IMG/VR virus record: IMGVR_UViG_3300032282_005530
Span: 1-64,000 of that record
Source: a virus
Length of the DNA: 64,000 bases
Direction: 5' to 3' (one strand)
Shown here piece by piece: positions 49,360 to 58,187 of the stretch (its first letter is position 1; each line of letters opens with the position of its first letter). Below the pieces are notes generated by a model. The model was not told where the DNA came from. It did no database searches and saw nothing but the letters and a program-made list of their open reading frames with translations. The translations under genes were made by a program, and so were the position numbers.

Positions 49360-50169
49360 TCAAGGACAGTGCTGTGTTCTATGGAATGAACACGTTGAGC
49401 ACGATAGTTTATTTTTTATAAACCTTTCGTGGTCAACATTATGCACACATTCTTGTAAAAGTTTAAGAGCATTATTTACTTTTTTCTCACCACTAGTAAC
49501 GCGGAATAATTCTACTTTATCTTTCTTTGCTGTTCGCTTAAGAAGTCCGAAATGAGTTTCGATTTTATCTACTGGAATACCGTGTTTTTTCGAAAAGAAA
49601 TGCTTATAATAAGTCAACTGATAAGTGACCATCGCATCACTTTTCTTTTGTGGTTCCCATCCCCAACTACAAGTTTTCCAGTCGATAATATGATGAACAC
49701 CGTCTTTTGTTTTTAGAACAAGATCGATATATCCTTTGTATTTATAATCATCAGCCTTATATTGTTCAATTTCTTCAAGTAAATCTTCTTCAGCAGAAAA
49801 GAATTGAAATTCACCAAAATACTGCTGTGCTGCTGGATATACTAGATCCACCAACTCACGACCTTGATTTTCAAAATCTTTTAGATCTTTTTCTGATATG
49901 CCTTCACGGATTTGTTTTGATAAGGCACTAATTTCTTTGGAGAAGTTAAATGAAAAGTCTTTTCCATAATCAAAAGATCCTTCCTTCTCTTGCTTAAAGA
50001 TTTTCTCGCTTGTTGAGTGAATTGCTTTTCCGAAAGCAGTATGAATAGACTCGCGGCCTGCGGCAATACCATCAACCCGAGTGAGTTTATAGTAGAAAGG
50101 ACAAAACTTCCAATCTTTGATTGAAGAATAACTAACATAATCAGGTTTTTTATTTTCTGTTTCAAGCAA
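49360..50169 (-). CDS. Cas4/AddB-like PD-(D/E)XK exonuclease
   Basis: SYSSI...CP; FGKAIH; GYIDL...IIDWKT; QLTYY; C-terminal CSTC...C. Confidence 0.85.
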   Translation of the reverse strand: MLETENKKPDYVSYSSIKDWKFCPFYYKLTRVDGIAAGRESIHTAFGKAIHSTSEKIFKQEKEGSFDYGKDFSFNFSKEISALSKQIREGISEKDLKDFENQGRELVDLVYPAAQQYFGEFQFFSAEEDLLEEIEQYKADDYKYKGYIDLVLKTKDGVHHIIDWKTCSWGWEPQKKSDAMVTYQLTYYKHFFSKKHGIPVDKIETHFGLLKRTAKKDKVELFRVTSGEKKVNNALKLLQECVHNVDHERFIKNKLSCSTCSFHRTQHCP

Positions 50170-50182
50170 CGGACACCTCTCG

Positions 50183-50884
50183 TTAGGTTCCTAGTAAGAG
50201 TTCTATTTTTTCAAAAACAGCAGGAGAAATCTTTTTAACATTGTCGTATTCACGACGAGCAAAATATTCCTCAAAGCAATTAGCAAAATATTCTCTCAAG
50301 GAAGTTGCGCCATATGGCGATACAAATAAATTTGGTGTCAATTGTGTTAGAGTTGGATATCCTACAATTAGGTAAAGAAACTCATCAAACTTTTGACTAA
50401 ATTCTGTATTACCGTAAGACGCGTCGGACACCTGATTGTACCCGTATGCCTTCAGCAAGTCAAGCAAAGCACGTCTTTTGCGTAAAAATTCTTCCTCTAT
50501 CTTGCCATCTTCATATATATCCATACCATAAGTTTCTTCTACGCAATGTGCTATTTCATGAACAATATCTTCGTAAACATCTTGTTCGTCATCTTGTTCA
50601 GGAAGAACGTATATCGCTCCATCTTTATAAAGAGCATTTAAATCTCTCTTCAACAAGAAATCATAATCTCCAATATAAATTCCATCTAAATTTTGAACAA
50701 AATGCTCTGGAATAATAATTTGTAATTTTTTTAAAATGTTATTTAAATTAATGTTTTCCGGCATTTCTTGTTGCTGAATTACATTAATATTACCAAATAT
50801 AGTTTGTTCTATTAGTTTGACTTGATACGAAGATTTAAAATATCTATTGAAGTTTCTGCTCATTTTCAGCTCGCTCCATATCAA
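50183..50884 (-). CDS. HExxH zinc metallopeptidase-like protein (start may be ATG 50863)
   Basis: VHEIAHCVE...SPYGATSLREYFANCFE. Confidence 0.65.
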   Translation of the reverse strand: MIWSELKMSRNFNRYFKSSYQVKLIEQTIFGNINVIQQQEMPENINLNNILKKLQIIIPEHFVQNLDGIYIGDYDFLLKRDLNALYKDGAIYVLPEQDDEQDVYEDIVHEIAHCVEETYGMDIYEDGKIEEEFLRKRRALLDLLKAYGYNQVSDASYGNTEFSQKFDEFLYLIVGYPTLTQLTPNLFVSPYGATSLREYFANCFEEYFARREYDNVKKISPAVFEKIELLLGT

Positions 50885-51092
50885 GAAGACATTGTCTATA
50901 TCCTCTTAAAAAATTTTCCTGTGCTACAAGTAGTAAAAAATCTGGAAATTCTTTTGCTAATACATCTACACACATTTCGACGTTTACTTCGCCGTTTTCT
51001 GGTTTTAATTTTTCACCAACATATTGAACAAACATTTCTTTTAGTGGATTATCTTTTTGTACCACTGTTTCTTCTAATTCTCTATCGTCCAT
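50844..51092 (-). CDS. Hypothetical protein (82 aa)
   Basis: GAGGAG SD; ORF co-oriented. Confidence 0.75.
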   Translation of the reverse strand: MDDRELEETVVQKDNPLKEMFVQYVGEKLKPENGEVNVEMCVDVLAKEFPDFLLLVAQENFLRGYRQCLLDMERAENEQKLQ

Positions 51093-51111
51093 ATTATCTC
51101 CTCAAAGTATT

Positions 51112-51768
51112 TTATTTATTATCTCTAACAATTCCATGACAGGAACAATTTGGTATTCCTAGATTATCAAAATTAAGCGAAATAATTTGCTCTTTTGATA
51201 CAAAATTTTTCAATTCTTCACTCATTTTATATTCACCATTTTCAAATTTTATTAAACCTTTTTTATAAAGTTCAAAAATTAATTTTTCTGCTGTGTCGTG
51301 AGAGTGATTGTGAATTTGATTTGATTCTTTTCTATCTTGTCCGGAACATAAAAATAGATTTTCTGGTGTGTTATTTAATTTATCTCCGTCAATATGGTGA
51401 ATTATTTCGTGCTCTTCTAGATGTCTTCCTATTTGTTTTTCTATAACTAAAATATGCTCCATAATATATCTACCGCCTCTATATGGTTTTGAACGAGGGT
51501 GATCGTCAACCAAAACTGCTTTATATCCACCGCCCTGTTTTCTCCAACCTTTTCTAATATTTCCCAAGCTTATCTTTTTTTTTAATTCTTTTGATAATTT
51601 TTTTCCCCAATTAGGATGATTTTCACCAGATACAGAACACTTTCTACATAAATGCTCTTTTTTGTATTTTGCCGTTATGTATTTAACATTTCTTTCTTTA
51701 TTACACTTTTCACATTTAACTTTTATTATATCTTTCCAAGATTTTTCTTCTATATTATCTAATATCAT
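51112..51768 (-). CDS. HNH homing endonuclease with NUMOD3-like motif
   Basis: GENHPNWGKKLSKELKKKIS; EHILV...IIHHIDGDKLNNTPENL. Confidence 0.88.
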   Translation of the reverse strand: MILDNIEEKSWKDIIKVKCEKCNKERNVKYITAKYKKEHLCRKCSVSGENHPNWGKKLSKELKKKISLGNIRKGWRKQGGGYKAVLVDDHPRSKPYRGGRYIMEHILVIEKQIGRHLEEHEIIHHIDGDKLNNTPENLFLCSGQDRKESNQIHNHSHDTAEKLIFELYKKGLIKFENGEYKMSEELKNFVSKEQIISLNFDNLGIPNCSCHGIVRDNK

Positions 51769-51803
51769 TTCACTATCTCCTTTTTAGAAGTAAATAGTGA
51801 AAT
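51767..51803 (-). promoter_or_regulatory. RBS/start-sequestering hairpin containing CTATTTA
   Basis: Perfect 10-bp inverted repeat ATTTCACTAT (51767-76)/ATAGTGAAAT (51794-803); motif at 51791-97. Confidence 0.7.
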
Positions 51804-51819
51804 AAAATATTTTCTACCT

Positions 51820-53136
51820 TTATAAAATACGAGCCGCCAAACTTGCAACAGCAGATCTTTCACCCTTGGTAAGGGTTACGTGGCCGGCTAATTGTGTTGA
51901 TTTAAATTTTTCAACAGCGTAGGCAAGTCCGTTACTTGTATCATTAACATAGACATTATCTATTTGCTCTATATCGCCCGTTAAAACGATTTTGGTGTCT
52001 TCGCCTACACGAGTGACGATTGTTTTTAGTTCGTGCGCTGAGAGGTTTTGTGCTTCGTCTATAATCATGAATGCCTTGGCGATGCTGCGACCACGAATAT
52101 AGGTTAGAGCTTCAATTTCAATTTGACCCTTCATCATATATTCTTGTAATAATTCTTTATCATTACCAAGAAGGAACTGAAGATTGTCTTGGATTGGACT
52201 TAACCATGGCAACATTTTTTCTTCCATGGTTCCGGGCAAATAACCAATATCACGACCAAGTGGCTGAACTGGACGAGATACAATTAAGCGAGTATAAAGA
52301 CCTTTTGTAAGCATTTGCTCTAATCCAGCAGCAATCGCAGTTAGAGTTTTACCTGAACCAGCTTTACCTACAAGGGTTACAACTGGAACGGTTGGATCCA
52401 TCAATAGGTCCATAGCGAAACTTTGCTCTCTATTACGAGATTCAATTCCATAAATATTATTTCTTCCCTTAAACTCACCAATCTTGCGAAGTGGAGTATC
52501 TTTATTTATAAATCTGGCGAGAGCAGTTTTGTTTGGATTATTATTGCTTATCAAAGTTAGATACTGATGTGGGTAGAGATAAGATGCTGCCTTGTCTTCT
52601 AAAAACATTTGCTCACCCTTATAGTGGCGATCAATAAATTCGTCATCAACAACAATTTCTTTAAATCCAGAATACAATTCTGAACTACTGGAGATTACTT
52701 GATTTGAATCATATCCTTCAGAACCAAGACCTATTGAATCGCAAATAACTCGCATATTAATATCACGAGATACAACAACAACTTTTTTATCTTGATTATT
52801 TTTCCATACCGCATATGCCGTAGCAATAATAACGTGATCTGGAACTGTCAAATCTAAATCGGCTGGAAAGGTAGAAGGAGAAAATGCAACAGATTTAAGA
52901 AGACCTTTGCCTTTTTGTAATCTTACACCTTCTTGTAGAGAACCTTTTTCTCTTAATTCATCAAGAATTTTAATAAAGTTACGAGCATTTTGTCCAACAC
53001 CGTCTTGACGATTTTTATGTTTATCGACTTCTTCAAGAACTTTTAATGGAATATAAACATCATCTTTGCCAAAACTATAAACAGCATTAGCATTAGCCAA
53101 ACAAACACTTGTATCTAGCACGAATATTTTTTTCAT
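51820..53136 (-). CDS. phoH: PIN-PhoH family protein
   Basis: FVLDTSV PIN N-terminus; GKAGSGKT; IGYLPG; YIRGRS; DEAQN; GDIEQID. Confidence 0.93.
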   Translation of the reverse strand: MKKIFVLDTSVCLANANAVYSFGKDDVYIPLKVLEEVDKHKNRQDGVGQNARNFIKILDELREKGSLQEGVRLQKGKGLLKSVAFSPSTFPADLDLTVPDHVIIATAYAVWKNNQDKKVVVVSRDINMRVICDSIGLGSEGYDSNQVISSSSELYSGFKEIVVDDEFIDRHYKGEQMFLEDKAASYLYPHQYLTLISNNNPNKTALARFINKDTPLRKIGEFKGRNNIYGIESRNREQSFAMDLLMDPTVPVVTLVGKAGSGKTLTAIAAGLEQMLTKGLYTRLIVSRPVQPLGRDIGYLPGTMEEKMLPWLSPIQDNLQFLLGNDKELLQEYMMKGQIEIEALTYIRGRSIAKAFMIIDEAQNLSAHELKTIVTRVGEDTKIVLTGDIEQIDNVYVNDTSNGLAYAVEKFKSTQLAGHVTLTKGERSAVASLAARIL

Positions 53137-53199
53137 TTTGTTACCAACTTTTCTTTATAATAATTATGTATTTTAACCTGCGGCAATATAGTTACATAT

Positions 53200-53952
53200 A
53201 TGCCGCAGTTTTTTAAACAACTATTTGGCATGATTTTACTAGTGATATTCTCTACTAGTTGCGGATGTGTAACTGTATTAAATTCAGTTAATTTCAAAAA
53301 TGCTCCAAGAGAATCGTTTGTTAAGGTTGAAATTCTCACTTCTGAATACGCCTCTATGGGCTCTGGAGTAATTATCAACCATATCGATAATTTGAACACG
53401 ATTATTCTTACTGCTGGTCATGTTTGTGATTTTAACACAATAGCAATCAGAGTTTTAGATCTACAAGAAAATAAATATCCTGTTATTGGATTTGTAGTTT
53501 CTTCTGAAGACGATTTATGCTTGCTTATAACAGAAACAATAATACCAGCCAATCCATTAAAAATGGCTGAAAATGCTCCCGAAATAGGAGATCATATTTA
53601 TAATATTGCTGCACCATTAGGATTACATGGTCCAAATATGGCATTAATGTTTGATGGATATTATGAAGGTGCTGTTCAACTGCAAGAAGAAGAATATAAA
53701 TCTAGCGTTTATAAATTAGTTGGTGTTGGTGGAAGTTCTGGTTCTCCAATTTTTAATGAAAATTGGGAAATAATAGGAATTATTTCTCGTGGAGTTCCAG
53801 ATTTTCAACATGTTATGTTGGCAACAAATCACGAAAGAACTAGTTTATTTTACAAATATTCTTTCACTTATGATTTTAAAATAAAAATATTACAATCAAG
53901 AAAAATAAAAGAAAATTTTTCTGAAAAAGTAAAAGAAATATTTAATCAATAA
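53200..53952 (+). CDS. Trypsin-like serine protease with signal/lipoprotein-like N-terminus
   Basis: GSGVII; LTAGHVC; DLCLL; GGSSGSPIFN; hydrophobic N-terminus ending FSTSC. Confidence 0.88.
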   Translation: MPQFFKQLFGMILLVIFSTSCGCVTVLNSVNFKNAPRESFVKVEILTSEYASMGSGVIINHIDNLNTIILTAGHVCDFNTIAIRVLDLQENKYPVIGFVVSSEDDLCLLITETIIPANPLKMAENAPEIGDHIYNIAAPLGLHGPNMALMFDGYYEGAVQLQEEEYKSSVYKLVGVGGSSGSPIFNENWEIIGIISRGVPDFQHVMLATNHERTSLFYKYSFTYDFKIKILQSRKIKENFSEKVKEIFNQ

Positions 53953-53953
53953 T

Positions 53954-54136
53954 TTATTTATTTAATTTTTTAATTATCTCACGAGAAACTAAAACTTCTT
54001 TAAATCCACCGGGTATTTCTAAAAACGCGCCACCGTCATATTCAGACCAGCCTTCAATTATATAAATTAACTCTTCTATTTCTTCTTGAGTTAGTTGATC
54101 TTTAAATTCGAAATCAAAAGTTACTCGCAACTTCAT
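53954..54136 (-). CDS. Hypothetical protein (60 aa)
   Basis: Start re-called at ATG 54136; the track's longer start lies in a terminator. Confidence 0.6.
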   Translation of the reverse strand: MKLRVTFDFEFKDQLTQEEIEELIYIIEGWSEYDGGAFLEIPGGFKEVLVSREIIKKLNK

Positions 54137-54164
54137 ATAATATATAGTCTTTAAAAAAGACAAT

Positions 54165-54185
54165 AAAAAACCCCCTTTCGGGGGC
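54165..54185 (-). terminator. Intrinsic terminator after tRNA-Gln
   Basis: GCCCCCGAAAGGGGGTTTTTT. Confidence 0.9.
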
Positions 54186-54203
54186 AAATAATTATTAAGT
54201 TTT

Positions 54204-54277
54204 TGGTTGGGGAACAGGGACTCGAACCCCGATAAGTGGAATCAAAATCCACGGTCCTGCCATTAGACGATTCCCCA
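54204..54277 (-). tRNA. tRNA-Gln(UUG)
   Basis: Cloverleaf; GTGGA-TT-TTG-AT-TCCAC; CCA encoded. Confidence 0.95.
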
Positions 54278-54286
54278 ATAAAATTA

Positions 54287-54868
54287 TTAAATATTATTAA
54301 TTAATTCTTCAAACTTTTCGAATGATTCTCCAAAAATTATATGTGAATTATTTTTTATTTTTTCTCTACTCCAATTCCACCATTCTGATTTTAAAAGAAT
54401 ATCTATTTGTCTATCAGTAAATCTCTTCTTTACAACTTTTCCTGGATTACCAACAACAATAGAATACGGCTCTATATCTTTTGCTACTACGGCATGTGTT
54501 CCTATTACTGAACCTGTTCCTATTTTAACACCGGATAAAATTGTAGAAGATCTGCCTAGCCAAACATCATTCTCGATTATAATGTTTCCTTTAGTTAATA
54601 ATTCTGTTGTTGTATCTGACTTCATATCTAAATCCGGTAGATATGTTGTTATACGTTTTATATTGTGGTTTCCTCCCAGAAAGAAAGATACTTGTGCTGC
54701 TATAGAGCAAAATTTTCCTATTTTTAATTTAGCCTGATGCTCAGTAGCTTGTTCGTAATAAACAACAGAATTTAACAAAGAATTAAAACTAACAGTTATT
54801 CTTGTTGAAGAATCGATGTTTATTATGTGTGGTATATCTTTATGCTTGTGAAGTTCAACTGCCATCAT
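54287..54868 (-). CDS. CatB/Vat-like hexapeptide O-acetyltransferase
   Basis: IGKFCSIA...GGNH...ENDVWLG...ILSGVKIG.G.VIG..AVVAKDIEPYSIVVGNPG...EWWNW. Confidence 0.9.
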   Translation of the reverse strand: MMAVELHKHKDIPHIINIDSSTRITVSFNSLLNSVVYYEQATEHQAKLKIGKFCSIAAQVSFFLGGNHNIKRITTYLPDLDMKSDTTTELLTKGNIIIENDVWLGRSSTILSGVKIGTGSVIGTHAVVAKDIEPYSIVVGNPGKVVKKRFTDRQIDILLKSEWWNWSREKIKNNSHIIFGESFEKFEELINNI

Positions 54869-54893
54869 ATATTTATAATTTTATATTAATATT

Positions 54894-54980
54894 TGGTGCC
54901 CCGAGCCGGAATCGAACCGGCATGACCTTGCGGTCGGCGGATTTTAAGTCCGCTGCGTCTACCTGTTCCGCCATCGGGGC
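54894..54980 (-). tRNA. tRNA-Leu(UAA)
   Basis: GCGGA-CT-TAA-AA-TCCGC; long variable arm; CCA. Confidence 0.96.
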
Positions 54981-54992
54981 AGGAACGAGATC

Positions 54993-55021
54993 AGTATAAC
55001 ACCGATCTCCCGGTCTGTCAA
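54993..55021 (-). promoter_or_regulatory. sigma70-type promoter for tRNA-Leu
   Basis: TTGACA-17 nt-TATACT with extended -10 TG; -35 overlaps the upstream TGA. Confidence 0.85.
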
Positions 55022-55533
55022 GCCGCTGCCATCTGCTTTGTGTATTCAAAGAGCATAATGTTACACGCTTGCGCCGTATTTAAACAAAAACCTATTCCCG
55101 GCATTGGAATTTGTACAACTTCACTGTGCTGGAGAATATCGGATGGTACTCCTGTTTGTTCGTTCCCCACCACAATACAGACCTTACGATCTGTCGGATA
55201 CGCATAATCATACAAACTCCTTGAGCTGTCTGTTAATTCCGCTGATACAATATGAATATTATTCTCTCTGCAATAAGTTAAAAAATGATGTGGATTAGAA
55301 AACTTTTGAAGTTCTATGAAGTCACTTGTAGTACCTGAAAGCTCTCTTAGTTCTTTTGGTTCCGGACAACAACCAATCAGATTTACTTTACTTGCTCCAA
55401 AACAAGCAGCGGCCCTTATAACATAACCAATATTTGGTTCATGTTTAAAATTAATACAAGCAACCTCTACTGGAAACTTAACAGAGAGTTTTTCTTTGTT
55501 CTTATATCTTTCTCGACGAGTTTCACCGCGCAT
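55018..55533 (-). CDS. SPOUT (TrmH/TrmL-like) RNA 2'-O-methyltransferase
   Basis: PNIGYVIRAAACFG...VVGNEQTG...QIPMPG..CLNTAQA; start re-called at ATG 55533 (GGAG SD). Confidence 0.9.
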   Translation of the reverse strand: MRGETRRERYKNKEKLSVKFPVEVACINFKHEPNIGYVIRAAACFGASKVNLIGCCPEPKELRELSGTTSDFIELQKFSNPHHFLTYCRENNIHIVSAELTDSSRSLYDYAYPTDRKVCIVVGNEQTGVPSDILQHSEVVQIPMPGIGFCLNTAQACNIMLFEYTKQMAAA

Positions 55534-55535
55534 AT

Positions 55536-55856
55536 TCACTCCATAAAAAGAAAACAACTTGTTGGCATATTATCAGAGCATTCAATATTCCTTAGTTCTT
55601 CTTTACAAAGATAAATCATTTGCAAATCTGGTAGTTCTACGTTACACATTTCTCCATCTTTTACAACTTTATCGCAATCTTCTACATCAAATCCAGTACA
55701 GGCATGTGCTTGTACACACAAAACTTCATATGCATCATTACAAGCAGATTTTTTCTTATTTAATGACATTTGTAGTTCTACTGCATTTTTAGCAGTAATA
55801 CCAAATAAAAAACCACCCGCTAATCCTATAATACAAAAAAGAATATTTTTTTTCAT
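55536..55856 (-). CDS. Cys-rich membrane-anchored/secreted protein (106 aa)
   Basis: N-terminal hydrophobic segment, 8 downstream Cys. Confidence 0.7.
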   Translation of the reverse strand: MKKNILFCIIGLAGGFLFGITAKNAVELQMSLNKKKSACNDAYEVLCVQAHACTGFDVEDCDKVVKDGEMCNVELPDLQMIYLCKEELRNIECSDNMPTSCFLFME

Positions 55857-56341
55857 GTATTTAATCCTTTTCTCTTTGTTCCATCATTACCTTTATGAAC
55901 TATGAAATCGGCAGCATAAATAGCAAAAATAGAATCAGGCTTACAGTATGCTTTAAATCCCATCGATTCAGCATACCCAATAGCACCAGCAACAAGTCGA
56001 CTCGATTCATAGGTAATATCTGGATTCAAATCAAAGTCAATACATTCAATATCTATTGAATAATCGTCTCTTAACGTCGTAGCAAACTCAATTGCTTTCT
56101 CGACCTCAACCCAAAGACGAACTTGTGGTTCTTCAATTTTAGCAATTTTTTCTTTTGAATAAAGAATAAAAGCACCACTCTTGTCTGGATGAATTCCGAC
56201 AAGAGTAGTAATAAAGACAGTTTTATCCTTGATGTTCATACTATCACATCCAACACGATATTTAATATTTGGATGTTTTGAAATCACATCTTCTAGTGAT
56301 ACTTCTGAACCATCGTGTAAAGTTTTAATTTTTAGTTCCAT
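55853..56341 (-). CDS. RNase H-like YkuK (DUF458) family protein
   Basis: VGCDS...RLWVEVEKAI...DLNPD...KPDS..A.YAAD; start re-called at 56341. Confidence 0.75.
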   Translation of the reverse strand: MELKIKTLHDGSEVSLEDVISKHPNIKYRVGCDSMNIKDKTVFITTLVGIHPDKSGAFILYSKEKIAKIEEPQVRLWVEVEKAIEFATTLRDDYSIDIECIDFDLNPDITYESSRLVAGAIGYAESMGFKAYCKPDSIFAIYAADFIVHKGNDGTKRKGLNT

Positions 56342-56365
56342 AAACATTCCTAGGAATATAAACAA

Positions 56366-56393
56366 GACTGCCCTGTTTTTAGGCAGGGCAGTC
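56366..56393 (-). terminator. Terminator-like hairpin
   Basis: GACTGCCCTG-8 nt-CAGGGCAGTC followed by TTGTTT. Confidence 0.7.
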
Positions 56394-56406
56394 ATCTAAT
56401 CATCTA

Positions 56407-56724
56407 TCAAGTAGCAGGCTTCCAACCAAGCTTTTTAAAGTGTTCTGAACGAGAACTAAACCACTCTCGTCCCTTCTCTGAATCATTGCGGGAGATAAAT
56501 TTAATTCCTTTTGTAGTTACTGGATAAGCTACATGCTTCAATCCACTTAGATTAGCAAGTGCTACTGTCTTTACTCGGAAAGGAATTTCATCAACCATAA
56601 CAACCATTCCGTGTTGTGGAACGAAATTAGCCTCAACAGTCTTTACGAGTGTTGAATTCTGGTGTTCTTCACGACCACGAAGTTCAAGATCAAGATTTAG
56701 TTCAATTGTACGCTTATCAGACAT
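56407..56724 (-). CDS. Hypothetical protein (105 aa)
   Basis: AGGAG SD before ATG 56724. Confidence 0.7.
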   Translation of the reverse strand: MSDKRTIELNLDLELRGREEHQNSTLVKTVEANFVPQHGMVVMVDEIPFRVKTVALANLSGLKHVAYPVTTKGIKFISRNDSEKGREWFSSRSEHFKKLGWKPAT

Positions 56725-56757
56725 AACATTTCTCCTTTTGTTCAAGTGTCGGTAGTC

Positions 56758-57192
56758 TCAATCTACCATGCACATATCATATCTTTCTACATCAATACCA
56801 GATTTTTTTAAGATGTCTAATCCTTTTGAATCTCGGTATTCATCACAAAAAATAACTTTTTTAATTCCAGCATTAACAATCATACGAGCACAAACAGGAC
56901 AAGGCGAATGAGTGAGATACATTTTTTTGTTTCTGTGATCTCCAAAATTCATCTTGATCAACGCATTTGCTTCTGCGTGGATGAACCCACTTTTACCCGG
57001 CTCCATACTATCAGGTTGATTATTTCCACCTTGCTCGTCTCCGTTGTAACCAATAGCAAGAACACTAGTATTGTCTTCTGTAACAATTACAGAACCAACT
57101 TTCAATCTGGGATCACGGGAACGTTCTGCGATATGCAGAGTTAATCCCATCCAGATTTCATCCCACTTTGGTTTTTTCTTTGGTCTTGCCAT
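56758..57192 (-). CDS. dCMP deaminase family protein
   Basis: KVGSVIV...GYNG...HAEANA...THSPCPVCARMIVNAGI; start probably 57192. Confidence 0.9.
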   Translation of the reverse strand: MARPKKKPKWDEIWMGLTLHIAERSRDPRLKVGSVIVTEDNTSVLAIGYNGDEQGGNNQPDSMEPGKSGFIHAEANALIKMNFGDHRNKKMYLTHSPCPVCARMIVNAGIKKVIFCDEYRDSKGLDILKKSGIDVERYDMCMVD

Positions 57193-57376
57193 ACTTTTCC
57201 CCATAACATTCATCACAAAGTTTTTCTTCTTGTAATGTTGTCCATTCCCATTCATTCATACAACAATCACAAAGCTTTGATGGGTCTTTAATCGCCGCTC
57301 TATTCGCTTTTGACAAGACTCTTGCTGCTTTTAATGCTGCTTTAAGTATTTTGCCTTCTTTTTTATTTTCATTCAT
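57158..57376 (-). CDS. Small Zn-finger-like protein (72 aa)
   Basis: CDCC...CDEC; starts 4 nt after tRNA-Arg CCA. Confidence 0.55.
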   Translation of the reverse strand: MNENKKEGKILKAALKAARVLSKANRAAIKDPSKLCDCCMNEWEWTTLQEEKLCDECYGEKYGKTKEKTKVG

Positions 57377-57380
57377 GATT

Positions 57381-57457
57381 TGGCGCTCTCGGAGAGATTC
57401 GAACTCCCGACCTTACGGGTAGAAACCGTCGGCTCTATCCAACTGAGCTACGAGAGC
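57381..57457 (-). tRNA. tRNA-Arg(UCU)
   Basis: ACGG-TT-TCT-AC-CCGT; CCA. Confidence 0.95.
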
Positions 57458-57465
57458 ATTTCCTT

Positions 57466-57630
57466 TCACTTTCCTAATACACGATACAAATCAAAACATC
57501 CACTACACTGACCTATTGATAATACGATAATCAATAGGGTTGAAACGGCGCCCAACTGTCTTGAAAATTCTTTTACAGCACCGGCCCAAGTTTCAGTAAC
57601 TACAATCGTATTTTTATTCTGTTCTGTCAT
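57466..57630 (-). CDS. Small membrane protein (54 aa), not in ORF track
   Basis: MTEQNKNTIVVTETWAGAVKEFSRQLGAVSTLLIIVLSIGQCSGCFDLYRVLGK, fills the gap between tRNA-Asn and tRNA-Arg. Confidence 0.55.
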   Translation of the reverse strand: MTEQNKNTIVVTETWAGAVKEFSRQLGAVSTLLIIVLSIGQCSGCFDLYRVLGK

Positions 57631-57643
57631 TTTCTTCTCTATT

Positions 57644-57720
57644 TGGCTGTCCAGGTTGGGGTCGAACCAACGACTTCGTGATTAACAGTCACGCGCTACT
57701 ACCAACTGAGCTACTGGACA
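57644..57720 (-). tRNA. tRNA-Asn(GUU)
   Basis: CGTGA-CT-GTT-AA-TCACG; CCA. Confidence 0.95.
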
Positions 57721-58186
57721 ATAAAATATTTCTTTCATTTTTGTCTATCATATTTCTGATATTTTCAATTTTATCAGAAAATCTTTTATCTGTTTCATAT
57801 TTTTTAAATATGTATGAATTATTTTCTATGTGGGTTTTTATTCGGTGGCAATTTGCGCATAATATTCTACATTTTGCTATTTCATTTTTTATAGCTTCAG
57901 ACTTTACACCTATTCTTACCATTTCAGAAACAGACTCAGTTTTATTATCAATATGATCAAACTCTAAAACCATTGGATTTTGTTCTTCGCATATAAAACA
58001 TTTGTGCGCTTCTTTTATTTCTAAAACTACATCTTGTAAACGATTTCTGTTATTTTTTACTCTTTCTTGTTGCTTTAATTTATTTTTATTCCACCAAATA
58101 CTTTGATTTTTTTTATTACATGAACGACATTGTTTTCTTCCATTTTTGTAAACTACTTTTTCTTCATTATGCTCTTTACAAATCAC
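57689..58186 (-). CDS. HNH endonuclease overlapping tRNA-Asn
   Basis: CFIC...LEFDH...EIAKCRILCANCHRIKTH; last 32 nt lie inside tRNA-Asn. Confidence 0.88.
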   Translation of the reverse strand: MICKEHNEEKVVYKNGRKQCRSCNKKNQSIWWNKNKLKQQERVKNNRNRLQDVVLEIKEAHKCFICEEQNPMVLEFDHIDNKTESVSEMVRIGVKSEAIKNEIAKCRILCANCHRIKTHIENNSYIFKKYETDKRFSDKIENIRNMIDKNERNILLSSSSVGSSA

Positions 58187-58187
58187 T

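Noticed and set aside
56758-57192. Deaminase as a TadA-like editor for tRNA-Ser A34
   Set aside because: Motifs (GYNG, HAEANA, THSPC..C..MIVNAGI) fit dCMP deaminase better; kept only as an experiment.
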